A DNA stretch of 64,000 bases from contig MFPR01000006.1 in assembly GCA_001784175.1 (NCBI GenBank), positions 186,001-250,000 on the forward strand, in the 5' to 3' direction. This document shows, one piece after another, positions 1-9,474 of the stretch. This stretch comes from Candidatus Lindowbacteria bacterium RIFCSPLOWO2_12_FULL_62_27. GTDB lineage: Bacteria > Lindowbacteria > 2-12-FULL-62-27. The position numbers were made by a program, and so were the translations under genes. The notes below the pieces were generated by a model that was given only the letters and a program-made list of their open reading frames with translations, had not been told where the DNA came from and did no database searches. The first letter of the stretch is position 1; every line of letters begins with the position of its first letter.

Positions 1-1
1 G

Positions 2-631
2 AACCCCCGCTATGTGGAGTTTCTCCGCCGGGAGGGGCTGTCCAAGGAGGAAAAAAGTTACTTGAAGGAAAAAATGAACAACGCGCGCTGGATCCTGAAT
101 ACGCTTCACCAGCGCAATCTGTCGCTCTATCTGGTGGCCCGGTACATCGTCGACGTTCAGCCCGATTTTTTCCGCGGGCAGTTCGACAAGCTGCGGCCGC
201 TCACGCTCAAGCAGGTGGCGGACACGCTGGCCCTGTCGATCTCCACCGTCAGCCGGCTCAGCAACCGGAAATACGCCGACACCCCGGTCGGCCTCTTTCA
301 GCTCAAGTACTTTTTCTCCAACAGCGTCCTGACCGAGTCGGGACAGAGCCTGTCGAGCCGTTCGGTCAAGCAGAAGATCCGGATGATGATCGATTCGGAG
401 GACGCGGCCGTGCCTCTGTCCGATGTCGACATTCTGGACCGGCTCAACACGGAGGGTATCCGGATCCAGCGCCGGACGGTCGCCAAGTACCGCGAATCGA
501 TGAGCATTCTGCCCCGGCGGCTCCGCCGCACGGCTGCGGGCCCCGGTCCGCCGGACGCCGCGGAGCCCGTGGAAACCGACGGGGAATCATTCCAAGGAGG
601 AACGCATGCAGCTCAAAGTGACAGGACGTGA
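2..631 (+). CDS. rpoN: RNA polymerase sigma-54 factor, C-terminal part (5' truncated by window edge)
   Basis: HTH LRPLTLKQVADTLALSISTVSR, TPVGLFQLKYFF, RpoN box RRTVAKYRE; reading frame open to the window start. Confidence 0.97.
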   Translation, partial: NPRYVEFLRREGLSKEEKSYLKEKMNNARWILNTLHQRNLSLYLVARYIVDVQPDFFRGQFDKLRPLTLKQVADTLALSISTVSRLSNRKYADTPVGLFQLKYFFSNSVLTESGQSLSSRSVKQKIRMMIDSEDAAVPLSDVDILDRLNTEGIRIQRRTVAKYRESMSILPRRLRRTAAGPGPPDAAEPVETDGESFQGGTHAAQSDRT

Positions 632-1148
632 TTTTCCACTGACGCGATCATTGAAGGACTACGTCGAGCGGCGCCTGGAGCGGGTGGAGCGGCACGTGCC
701 GCGGATCATCCGCGTGGACGCGATTTTACGGATGGAGCGGAACGACCACATCGCGGACATCCGGCTGAGCGCCGCCAAGTTCAAGCTCGCCGTGAGCGGC
801 CGGTCGACGGAGAGCATGTACGCCTCGATCGACGACGCGATCGGCAAGCTCGAGCGCGTGTCGATGCGGCAGAAGGAGCGCAAGATCCAGACGCCGCGCC
901 AGCGCGCCATCCGCGACCACCGGGCGCGGGCCGCCCGGCAGGACCGGGAGGCCGGCGCGGACGACGGGGATGTGGTGAAGGTGACGAAACTCTGGGTGAA
1001 GCCGATGAGCGTCGACGAGGCGATGCTGCAGCTCAAGACGCTCGACTATTCATTTTTTGTTTTTCAGGACGCGGAGGACAGTCACGTCAAAGTCATTTAC
1101 CGGCGAAACGACCTGACGATGGGTCTGATCGAGCCGGATGTTGCGTAA
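606..1148 (+). CDS. hpf: Ribosome hibernation promoting factor, long form
   Basis: MYASIDDAIGKLER; C-terminal KPMSVDEAMLQL...FFVFQD...VIYRR; SD AAGGAGG; directly after rpoN. Confidence 0.95.
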   Translation: MQLKVTGRDFPLTRSLKDYVERRLERVERHVPRIIRVDAILRMERNDHIADIRLSAAKFKLAVSGRSTESMYASIDDAIGKLERVSMRQKERKIQTPRQRAIRDHRARAARQDREAGADDGDVVKVTKLWVKPMSVDEAMLQLKTLDYSFFVFQDAEDSHVKVIYRRNDLTMGLIEPDVA

Positions 1149-1175
1149 AAACGAAAGCGAGGTCTGCACCGAAGC

Positions 1176-1634
1176 ATGAGACTACTCGATATTTTGCCCC
1201 AAACGTGCATCAAGGCGGAGCTCCGTGGAAAGAACCGCCGGGAGGTCGTTCTGGAGCTTGTGGAACTTTTGACGAAATCCGGCGCCGTGAAGGACAAGGC
1301 GAAGGTGATCGACGCGGTGATGGAGCGCGAGAAGCTGATGAGCACGGGGATCGGCAACGGCGTTGCGATCCCGCACGCGAAGACCAGCTCCTGCTCGCGT
1401 CTCTGCGCCGCCCTGGGCCGCTCGAGCGGCGTTCCCTTCGACGCGCTGGACGAAAAACCCGTCAAGCTTGTTTTCCTGCTGGTCACCCCCGAAGCCGAAA
1501 CGGGCCCGCACATCAGCGCCCTAGCCCGCATCTCGCGGCTGCTCAAGCACAAAGTTTTCAAGGATTCCCTTCTTGCGGCGAAAGGCGAAGCCGAGATTTA
1601 CCGCATCATCGAAGAGGAGGAGCGGAAGCGCTAG
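1176..1634 (+). CDS. ptsN: PTS EIIA (Ntr/fructose class)
   Basis: EREKLMSTGIGNGVAIPHAK phospho-His motif; rpoN operon context. Confidence 0.93.
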   Translation: MRLLDILPQTCIKAELRGKNRREVVLELVELLTKSGAVKDKAKVIDAVMEREKLMSTGIGNGVAIPHAKTSSCSRLCAALGRSSGVPFDALDEKPVKLVFLLVTPEAETGPHISALARISRLLKHKVFKDSLLAAKGEAEIYRIIEEEERKR

Positions 1635-1643
1635 GCGCCGCGG

Positions 1644-2654
1644 ATGGGACTTCCCGTCAGGGAACTATTCAAAAACGAGCGGAGCCTGCATCTGCAGTTC
1701 GTGGCCGGGGATGGCGGCCTGAGCCGGATCATCCGCACCTCGGAGATCGTGCAGCCGGCCGCCGCCTTCGCCTCGGGACTCTGGCCGCCCCGGTACCGGG
1801 GCCGGCGCCAGGCCGAGGCGGTGGGCCGGATCAATCGCCGGATCGCGCCGCGGTTCAAGATCGCCAAACCTCTGCAGGGCGCCGTCTGGGTCATCGGGTC
1901 CCTCGAGATGGCGGCGCTTTTGTCGGCGCCGGCGGCGCTGCGCACGCGATTCATTGAATTTTTCAAGCGCCTGAACCCCGCCGCCGCCGTCTTCACGGAC
2001 GGCCTGTCGCCCGCCCGGCTGGACCCGGACCTGGTGCGGCAATCCTCGATCCCGATGTTCACGACGCGGCTGACCTACACCCATTTTCTCGCGGCCTTCT
2101 ACACGTTTCTGGAAAACCGCCTGGCGCCGAAGACGGACGCCCACGGGACCTTTGTCACGCTCTTCGGCCTCGGCGTGCTCATCATGGGCCCGAGCGGCGT
2201 CGGAAAGTCCGAGATCGCGCTGTCGCTCATCGAGCGCGGCCACCGTCTGGTGGCGGACGACATCGTTCAGATCCGCCTGCAGCAGAACCGGGAGCTGATC
2301 GGCTCGGCGCCGGAGCTGGGCCGGCACCACATGGAGATCCGGGGTCTTGGGATTCTGAACGTCCGGCAGCTTTTCGGTGTCGCGGCCGTGGTGGACGAAC
2401 AGCCCATCGACCTCGTGGTCGACCTTCTGCCGCAGACCGCGCGCCGCCGCCACGAGGAGCGGCTGGGGGAGGTCCGGAGCAAAAAGATTCTGGGCGTGCA
2501 GGTCCCGCACGTGGTCGTGCAGGTGCGGACGGGCCGGCACATGGCCGTGATCATCGAGGCGGCCGCGCGGAACCACAAACTGCGGTCGATCGGCTACGAC
2601 ACCGCCGAATCCTTCCGGCGCCGCCTGGCGCGGCACCTGCTCGGCAAGTCTTGA
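1644..2654 (+). CDS. hprK: HPr(Ser) kinase/phosphorylase
   Basis: Walker A GPSGVGKSE, GHRLVADD, HHMEIRGLGILNV signature. Confidence 0.96.
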   Translation: MGLPVRELFKNERSLHLQFVAGDGGLSRIIRTSEIVQPAAAFASGLWPPRYRGRRQAEAVGRINRRIAPRFKIAKPLQGAVWVIGSLEMAALLSAPAALRTRFIEFFKRLNPAAAVFTDGLSPARLDPDLVRQSSIPMFTTRLTYTHFLAAFYTFLENRLAPKTDAHGTFVTLFGLGVLIMGPSGVGKSEIALSLIERGHRLVADDIVQIRLQQNRELIGSAPELGRHHMEIRGLGILNVRQLFGVAAVVDEQPIDLVVDLLPQTARRRHEERLGEVRSKKILGVQVPHVVVQVRTGRHMAVIIEAAARNHKLRSIGYDTAESFRRRLARHLLGKS

Positions 2655-3520
2655 GCCTGGACTTCGTCATCATCACCGGCCTGTCGGGGGCCGGCAAGAG
2701 CACGGCGCTGCGCACGTTCGAAGACATCGGCTTTTACTGCATGGACAACCTCCCGCCCCAGCTTCTGCCAAAATTCGCCGAGGTGATCTTGAGCTCGAAG
2801 GCGTACAGCCGCGTGGCTACCGTCTGCGACGTGCGCTCGCAGAACGTCTCCGACGAACTTCTGGCCGCGCTCGCGGAACTGTCCGGCCATGAGGGGGTCC
2901 AGCCGCTTCTGATTTTTCTCGACGCCGGCCTTCCCGTGCTCCTCCGCCGGTTCAGCACGACGCGCCGCAAGCACCCGCTGGGCGCGGCCGAGGGACTGGA
3001 GCGGAGCATCGAGCGGGAGCGCGGGCTTTTGCTCGCCCTGCGGGAGAAGGCCGACATTCTGCTGGACACGAGCGACCTGTCGCTGCGGGAATTCCAGGAG
3101 AAGCTGATCGATTTTTTTTCGACCGACGAGCGCCCGCGCCTGCTGGTGTATCTCACCTCGTTCGGCTACAAGTTTGGCCTGCCGACCTCGGCCGATATCG
3201 TGCTGGACGTGCGGTTTTTGCCCAACCCTTTTTATGATTCCGCCCTCACGCACCAGACCGGCCTTGATCCCGGCGTGCGGGAGTTTGTGCTCAAGACCGA
3301 TGACGCGCGGATTTTTCTGGAAAAGACGGAGGACTGGTTTTCGTTTCTGATCCCCAAATATGTGGAGGAGGGCAAGTCGCATCTCGGAATTTCCATCGGA
3401 TGCACCGGCGGCCGCCACCGGTCGGTCGTGGTCGCCGAGCGCCTGAAATCCTTCTTCGAATCCCGATTCGGCCCCGGGCTCCTCTCGGTCAGCGTCCTGC
3501 ACCGGGACGTCGGCAAATAA
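2651..3520 (+). CDS. rapZ: RNase adapter RapZ/YvcJ P-loop protein
   Basis: GLSGAGKS, SFGYKFG, DVRFLPNPF, IGCTGGRHRSV. Confidence 0.96.
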   Translation: MSLDFVIITGLSGAGKSTALRTFEDIGFYCMDNLPPQLLPKFAEVILSSKAYSRVATVCDVRSQNVSDELLAALAELSGHEGVQPLLIFLDAGLPVLLRRFSTTRRKHPLGAAEGLERSIERERGLLLALREKADILLDTSDLSLREFQEKLIDFFSTDERPRLLVYLTSFGYKFGLPTSADIVLDVRFLPNPFYDSALTHQTGLDPGVREFVLKTDDARIFLEKTEDWFSFLIPKYVEEGKSHLGISIGCTGGRHRSVVVAERLKSFFESRFGPGLLSVSVLHRDVGK

Positions 3521-3523
3521 TCC

Positions 3524-4783
3524 ATGGCGCGCACGCTCTGGCGGCTCTTCATGACGCCCGGCCTGTACATCAAGCGCTGGATGCTCTTGTGCGCGGTCGG
3601 AACGTTCATGACCTACTGGGGCCTGCACCGGATCCGGGACGAGATGGCGAAATACGAGATCAAATACAATCTGCAGTTTCTCCTGATCGGATTCGGTCTT
3701 GCCTTTGTGCTCTTCGGTCTCTACAAGCTGATCTCCTCGGCGCTCAAGTATGCCGGGTTCACCCGCCGGGCGCTTCTGGCGCGCCTCGTGGACGAATCGT
3801 ACCTGGCGCTTGGCCCCAAAATCGTCGTGATCGGCGGCGGCACCGGTCTGGCGACGCTTCTGGCCGGGCTCAAGCGCCGCACGTCGAACCTCACCGCCTG
3901 CGTGACGGTGACGGACGAAGGCGGCAGTTCCGGCCGGGTGCGGGACGCGTTCGGAATTGTGGCGCCCGGCGACATCCGGAACTGCATCGTGGCCCTTTCC
4001 AACGCCCCCGCGCTCCTTTCGGAATTGTTCAATTACCGCTTCGAGGAGGGCGACGGCCTGAAAGGCCACAGCCTCGGCAATCTCTTCATCGCCGCGCTGA
4101 CGCGGATCACCGGCAGTTTCGAGCGCGCCGTCGAGGAGTCGTGCCGCGTGCTGTCGACGACCGGCCGCGTCTACCCGCTCACGCGCGCGAACATCCGGCT
4201 CGTCGCGGAGCTTGCGGACGGCCGGGAGGTTCGTGGGGAGGCGCTGATCGGCAAGTCGGGCGGCGCGATCCGGAATTTGCGGATCGAGCCGGCGGAGTTT
4301 GAAGTAACGCCGGAGGTGGTCTCCGCGATCCTGGCCGCGGATCTTGTGCTGATCGGCCCCGGCAGCCTGTACACCAGCATCATGCCGAACCTGATTCCCG
4401 GCAAGTGCAGGCAGGCGCTGCTGGAAACCCGCGCGCCGGTGATTTATATTTGCAACATCATGACCCAGTCCTCCGAGACCCTGGGATTCACCGCCTCCGA
4501 TCACGTGCGCGCGATTTACGGGCACACGCCGGACCTCTTTGACTGGATCGTCGTCAACACGGCGTCGCCGCCGGCGCAGTACCTCGACAAGTACGGCCAG
4601 GAGGGCGCGGCGCCGGTCCGCGCCGATCGGGAGGGTCTTGAGAAGCTGGGCCTCCGGGTCATTTCCGGCGATTTTCTAAAAGGCGACGTGCCGGTTCAGA
4701 CCGCCGAAGGCCCCAAGCACGTGCTGCGGCACGACGCGGAAAAATTGACCGAAAGCATTCTGCGCTTATGCCGACCGACGTAG
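3524..4783 (+). CDS. yvcK: YvcK/GlmR family gluconeogenesis factor with N-terminal membrane segments
   Basis: IGGGTGL, DEGGSSG, PGDIRNC, GHSLGNL, GPGSLYTSIMPNL. Confidence 0.93.
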   Translation: MARTLWRLFMTPGLYIKRWMLLCAVGTFMTYWGLHRIRDEMAKYEIKYNLQFLLIGFGLAFVLFGLYKLISSALKYAGFTRRALLARLVDESYLALGPKIVVIGGGTGLATLLAGLKRRTSNLTACVTVTDEGGSSGRVRDAFGIVAPGDIRNCIVALSNAPALLSELFNYRFEEGDGLKGHSLGNLFIAALTRITGSFERAVEESCRVLSTTGRVYPLTRANIRLVAELADGREVRGEALIGKSGGAIRNLRIEPAEFEVTPEVVSAILAADLVLIGPGSLYTSIMPNLIPGKCRQALLETRAPVIYICNIMTQSSETLGFTASDHVRAIYGHTPDLFDWIVVNTASPPAQYLDKYGQEGAAPVRADREGLEKLGLRVISGDFLKGDVPVQTAEGPKHVLRHDAEKLTESILRLCRPT

Positions 4784-5163
4784 CGCGCCGGGCCGTTCTG
4801 GTGGTCACCCACGGCGGCGTGGGCGGCGAGCTGGTGGCCGTGGCGAGGGAACTGTTGGGCGACATCCCTCACCTGGCGGCCGTTTCCGTGACCGCGCGGG
4901 ACTCGATGGAGGAAGTGTCGGCGAAGATCGAGAAGTGGGCATTGAAGATTCCTGCCGGCGCCCGGGCCGTGATCCTGACGGATCTCAAGAATTCCAGCGC
5001 GACCGTGTCCGCGCTCACGCTTTCAAAAAAATATCCGCTCGATTGTCTCTGCGGCGTCAATCTGCCGCTGCTCCTCAAAGCGCTCTCGCCCTCCGATGCC
5101 GGCCTCCCGGACCTGGTGGCGGCGGGCCGGACCGGAATTGACGTCGTAGGGAAATCCAAATGA
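4768..5163 (+). CDS. PTS mannose/fructose/sorbose family EIIA
   Basis: VVTHGG phospho-His near the N-terminus, GVNLPLLL motif. Confidence 0.85.
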   Translation: MPTDVARRAVLVVTHGGVGGELVAVARELLGDIPHLAAVSVTARDSMEEVSAKIEKWALKIPAGARAVILTDLKNSSATVSALTLSKKYPLDCLCGVNLPLLLKALSPSDAGLPDLVAAGRTGIDVVGKSK

Positions 5164-5639
5164 GCATCGCTCTCATTCGGGTCGACGACCGCCTGGTTCA
5201 CGCGCAGGTGGTGGTGGGGTGGATCGAGTATCTTCAGTGCAACCGGGTCTTGGTGGCCGACGACGGGGTGGCGGACGATCCTGACCGGGTGGACCTCTTT
5301 CGCATGGTGATCCCGCAGGAGGTCCAGTTGGACGCGTTGGATATTCACAGCCTGGCCGGCGACTGGGCGGATCTCGCCGCCTCACCCGATCCGACGCTCC
5401 TGTTGTTTGCGAATCCGCTCACGCTGGCGACCGCGGTGGATATGGGCGCGCGCCCGGCCTCGGTAAATCTGGGCGGGATGCACGTGGCGCCGGGCCGCAG
5501 GCAGTGGATGCACGGTCTTTATGCATCGGACAGCGAGATCGCCGCGGTCCGAAGGCTGATCGGCCTGGGGATCGATTTCGAAATCCGCCTCATCCCGACA
5601 GCCGCGCGCCAGGAAGTCGACGGTGATTTTGAGGCATGA
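5160..5639 (+). CDS. PTS mannose/sorbose family EIIB
   Basis: IRVDDRLVHAQVVVGW; VNLGGM. Confidence 0.9.
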   Translation: MSIALIRVDDRLVHAQVVVGWIEYLQCNRVLVADDGVADDPDRVDLFRMVIPQEVQLDALDIHSLAGDWADLAASPDPTLLLFANPLTLATAVDMGARPASVNLGGMHVAPGRRQWMHGLYASDSEIAAVRRLIGLGIDFEIRLIPTAARQEVDGDFEA

Positions 5640-6301
5640 CCTTCACCGAAACCCTCCTGTTCTCTCTGGCCGCCGCCCTGCTGTCGCTGGACCAGATGGC
5701 CTGTTTTCAGATGCTGTTGTCGAGGCCCATTCTGACGGCCCTGATCCTGGGCGCCCTCTTCGGGAACCTGACGGACGCAGCCTTGGTGGGCGTCTGCCTT
5801 GAACTCTTGTTTGTCCGCACGATCTCCGTCAAGGAGCGCGCGTCGGCGGACCCGACCCTGGCGACCGCCGCGGCGCTGGGAGGCATCTGGGGTGTTTCGA
5901 CCGCCCTGCACCCACTGGCGCTCGCGCCTTTCGCCGCCGCGCTGGGCCTGCTGGCGTCCTTTCTCTCCAAGTGGTTTGACGTGAGGCTTCGGAACGTGAA
6001 TGTGACGCTTTCCCATGTGTTGCATCATGCGGGCATGATCCAGCTCACAGCGGCGGCCGCGCTTCTCGCCAAGTCATTCGGATTCTATTTCCTCACCATT
6101 CTCGCCGTGCAGGGCGCGCTGCCCAAGATCGTGGCCGCCCTTGGCGCGCACGCGCCGGCCGCTGGAGTCTTCGCCTGGCTGGCGCTGGTTCCCGTCTGCC
6201 TGGGCCACGCCTCCGCGACGCTGCAGCAGACCGTTCCTCGCGGCGTTTGGCTCTTGGGCTTGGGCGTGGGATTGGCGGGCGTACTGGCGGTGCGACTGTG
6301 A
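5636..6301 (+). CDS. PTS mannose family EIIC (short, divergent)
   Basis: QMLLSRPILT, GVCLELLF; multiple TM segments; between IIB and IID. Confidence 0.8.
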   Translation: MTFTETLLFSLAAALLSLDQMACFQMLLSRPILTALILGALFGNLTDAALVGVCLELLFVRTISVKERASADPTLATAAALGGIWGVSTALHPLALAPFAAALGLLASFLSKWFDVRLRNVNVTLSHVLHHAGMIQLTAAAALLAKSFGFYFLTILAVQGALPKIVAALGAHAPAAGVFAWLALVPVCLGHASATLQQTVPRGVWLLGLGVGLAGVLAVRL

Positions 6302-7074
6302 TCGGTCCGGCGCAGAGGATAGGAATATTTGCGCGCTCGTTTTTTGTCCAGGCCGCGTGGAACGCCGAGCGAATGCAAAACGTGGGATTTCTTTTCGCCC
6401 TGCGCCCCGCTCTGAAGCGAATCTGGGAGGGCGACCAAACCGGCTTCGAGGAGTCCTGCGCGCGCGCCTACGCGTTCGTCAACACGCATCCCTACTTCGC
6501 GCCCGCCGTGATGGGCGTCGCGCTTCACATCGAGGACAAGATCGCGACCGGCCTGGCACTTCCCGAGCGCGTGGATGAGGCGAAGACCCGGATCACCGGC
6601 CCGCTCAACGCGCTCGGCAGCCTGTGGTTCTGGGACCATCTGCGCCTCCTGTCTTTCCTGGCGGCCCTGCCGATCATTCTGTTTTCGTCTCCGGCGGCGG
6701 TGGCGGCCGGCGGCTGTCTCTTTTTTCTGATCTTCAATTTTTTCCACCTCCGCACCCGCTGGGTCGGCCTCACGCTCGGCCTCCGGCACGGTGAGGACAT
6801 GCTGCCGGACCTTCTCAGCCTCTTTCCGCCGAGACTGCTCCAGTCATTCCGGCGGGCCAGCGCGTTTCTCATCGGGCTTTTGACGCCGGTCCTCCTGGTG
6901 ATTGTCTCGGAGCGCCTGCCGCCGCCGGCGCCGGGCCCGTTTTCCGCCCTCGTCTCCGGACTGGTCATGGCCGTTACCGCGATGCTGGTCATCCACCGGC
7001 GCTGGCTCTCCGTCTATCAACTGTTGACCCTGGCCCTGGCGCTGGCAGTCGGAGTCGCGCGGTGGGCGCTGTGA
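6298..7074 (+). CDS. PTS mannose family EIID
   Basis: RSFFVQAAWNAERMQNVGF, FVNTHPY, GPLNALGSLWFW; GTG start overlaps the IIC stop. Confidence 0.9.
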   Translation: MIGPAQRIGIFARSFFVQAAWNAERMQNVGFLFALRPALKRIWEGDQTGFEESCARAYAFVNTHPYFAPAVMGVALHIEDKIATGLALPERVDEAKTRITGPLNALGSLWFWDHLRLLSFLAALPIILFSSPAAVAAGGCLFFLIFNFFHLRTRWVGLTLGLRHGEDMLPDLLSLFPPRLLQSFRRASAFLIGLLTPVLLVIVSERLPPPAPGPFSALVSGLVMAVTAMLVIHRRWLSVYQLLTLALALAVGVARWAL

Positions 7075-7373
7075 CCCGCCCGGCCCGGCCGCGCGCGCGG
7101 GGTGTCGTGCGGCAGACGCTCGTGATCCAGAACGTGTCCGGCCTGCACGCCCGCGCCGCCGCAAAACTTGTCCAGCTCTGCGAAAAATACAAATCGTCCA
7201 TCAAGCTCATCCGTGGCAGGTCCTCGGCGAACGCCAAAAGCATCATGGGCGTGATGATGCTGGAGGCCGCGCGGGGCGCGCGCCTGACCGTGGTGGCCCG
7301 CGGCGCCGACGCGTCGCCCTGCGTCAGGGCCATCGCGCGGCTGATCGACGGCAAGTTCGGCGAGGCCAAGTAG
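7071..7373 (+). CDS. ptsH: Phosphocarrier protein HPr
   Basis: GLHARAAAKLV (His15) and AKSIMGVMML (Ser46); GTGA overlap start assumed. Confidence 0.95.
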   Translation: MTRPARPRARGVVRQTLVIQNVSGLHARAAAKLVQLCEKYKSSIKLIRGRSSANAKSIMGVMMLEAARGARLTVVARGADASPCVRAIARLIDGKFGEAK

Positions 7374-7374
7374 C

Positions 7375-9171
7375 GTGCCGCTCTTGACCTTCCGCGGCCA
7401 TTCCGCCTCGCCGGGCCTGGCGACGGGCCGGGCCTTCTGGGTGGCGGACGTGCCGGTGGTGTCGGTGCACCGGAAAATTTCCCGGCAGGAAGTCCGCGAG
7501 GAGAAGGTGCGTCTGGCGGCCGCATACGTGCGGGCGCACGAGGAGCTAAAGAACATCGAAACGAAATCGCAGTCGCGCCATCCGCAGGGCCTCAAGGACA
7601 TTTTCTCCGCGCACCGCCTCATGCTCGAAGACCCGATCATCCGGTCGCGGATCGAGGCGTCGGTCCGCCGCCGGCTCATCTGCGCTGAATGGGCCGTCGA
7701 AGGGGTGTACGATGAAATTGCCGGCGTGTTTTCCAGCATGAAGAACCGCCATCAGGCCGGCCGGATGTACGATGTCAAGGACGTCATGCGGGTCCTTCTT
7801 GACCATCTGGCCGGCGCCGGCGAGACCGCCATCGGAGGAGAACTTGCGAACCTTCCGGACGCGCCCTTTATCGCCATCGCCCACGAACTTTCGCCGGCCC
7901 GGACCGCCGCCTTCATCGGAAGCAAAGTGGCCGGCATGGTCACGCGGCTGGGCGGCCGCACGTCCCATGCGGCCATCATCGCGCGGGAAATCGGCATCCC
8001 GTTCGTGTTCGGCCTGCCCTCCCGCAGCCTCAATCGCATCAAGCCGGACGACATGCTTCTTGTGAACGGCGGCGAGGGATCGGTCGTCGTCAATCCTCCG
8101 GCGGCGATTTCCCGCCGGTTTCGCGGCCGGCAGTCCGAGATCCGGAAGATCCGCAAAACCTATCAACGGATCGCCGCCCGGCCGACGCGCACTCGTGACG
8201 GCGTGGACGTGCGGATCTGGGCGAACATCGAAACGGAAAACGAAATACCGGGCGCCAAGAAGTACGGCGCCTGCGGCGTGGGGCTTTTCCGGACGGAATA
8301 TCTCTATCTTCAGGATCAGATGCCGGACGAGCAGGCGCTGTACGAAGTGTACCGGAAGGTTGCGCGGGCCGTGTCGCCGGGTTCGGTGGTGGTCCGGACG
8401 ATGGACCTGGGCGGGGACAAATTTCTTTCTCCGATCGAATTTCCGTCCGACATGAATCCGATGCTCGGCATGAGGGCGATCCGCCTGTGTCTGGCCCAGC
8501 CGAAACTCCTGATCCCCCAGCTTCGGGCCGCGCTCCGCGCCAACCTTCGACGCAACCTCCGGCTCTGCCTGCCGATGGTGAGCGCCGTCGAGGAAATTCT
8601 GGAGGTCCGCAAGTATCTGGACCATGCGGTGGAGGACCTCCGACGGAGCCGGACGCCCTTTTGCGCCCTGCCGCTGGGAATCATGGTGGAGGTCCCGTCG
8701 GTCGCCATCCGGATCGAGCGGTTCCTGCCGCACGCCGATTTCTTTTCGATCGGCACGAACGACCTCATCCAGTACACGCTGGCCGTGAGCCGCACGATGG
8801 AGCAGGTCGCGTATCTGTACCGCCCGCTGGACCCGAGCGTCCTCTGGCTGATCTCGCGGGTCGTCTCGGTATGCCGGGACAGCGGCAAGGAAGTGTCGCT
8901 GTGCGGCGAGGAGGCGAACAATCCGTTGATCGTCCCGTTTTTGCTCGGCGTGGGTCTCCGGGACCTCTCGATGGCGCCGCCGGCGATTCTCGAAATCAAG
9001 AGCCTCATCTCCGGCCTCGAAATCCCCCGCTGCCAGGCCATCGCGCGCCGCATGCTTGAATTCTCCACCGCCCGCGAGGTAGAACGGTATCTGCGAAGCG
9101 AGGTGTTCCCGATGCTTAAAACGATTATTCCGCACCATTACAGTTATGTGTCCCTCGAGAGCGAGCTCTAG
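7375..9171 (+). CDS. ptsI: PTS enzyme I (PEP-protein phosphotransferase)
   Basis: GGRTSHAAI, GVGLFRTEYLY, RTMDLGGDK, DFFSIGTNDLIQY, SLCGE. Confidence 0.97.
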   Translation: MPLLTFRGHSASPGLATGRAFWVADVPVVSVHRKISRQEVREEKVRLAAAYVRAHEELKNIETKSQSRHPQGLKDIFSAHRLMLEDPIIRSRIEASVRRRLICAEWAVEGVYDEIAGVFSSMKNRHQAGRMYDVKDVMRVLLDHLAGAGETAIGGELANLPDAPFIAIAHELSPARTAAFIGSKVAGMVTRLGGRTSHAAIIAREIGIPFVFGLPSRSLNRIKPDDMLLVNGGEGSVVVNPPAAISRRFRGRQSEIRKIRKTYQRIAARPTRTRDGVDVRIWANIETENEIPGAKKYGACGVGLFRTEYLYLQDQMPDEQALYEVYRKVARAVSPGSVVVRTMDLGGDKFLSPIEFPSDMNPMLGMRAIRLCLAQPKLLIPQLRAALRANLRRNLRLCLPMVSAVEEILEVRKYLDHAVEDLRRSRTPFCALPLGIMVEVPSVAIRIERFLPHADFFSIGTNDLIQYTLAVSRTMEQVAYLYRPLDPSVLWLISRVVSVCRDSGKEVSLCGEEANNPLIVPFLLGVGLRDLSMAPPAILEIKSLISGLEIPRCQAIARRMLEFSTAREVERYLRSEVFPMLKTIIPHHYSYVSLESEL

Positions 9172-9474
9172 GTGATCCCTCTGATCCCCGGCCGGTTTCA
9201 CAGGAAAAAGGGCGCCGGCGATGCGCTCGTGTTCCGCCGCAAGGAGGGGACCGCCCTCCGGACCTCGCGGCTGGGCAATCTGCTGGTGTACATCGGTCCT
9301 CACCCCGACCATCCCCACCTCGCGCTGTTCAAGAGCGAGGAGAACCCCAACTGGTTTTACTGGGACGCGCCTGAAAACTTCGAGGCGCTCGACGATATCC
9401 CGGAGGAGAGCCGGATCGGCGGGTTCAGGGCGACCCGCCCGCCGGAGGCGCTGTGGGGTCGGAAGGAAACATGA
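9172..9474 (+). CDS. Hypothetical protein, 100 aa
   Basis: Fills the gap exactly between the ptsI stop and the next ATG (ATGA overlap). Confidence 0.6.
   Translation: MIPLIPGRFHRKKGAGDALVFRRKEGTALRTSRLGNLLVYIGPHPDHPHLALFKSEENPNWFYWDAPENFEALDDIPEESRIGGFRATRPPEALWGRKET

Noticed and set aside
520-631. RpoN C-terminal extension overlapping hpf
   Set aside because: Low-complexity tail after the RpoN box; most simply stop-codon drift
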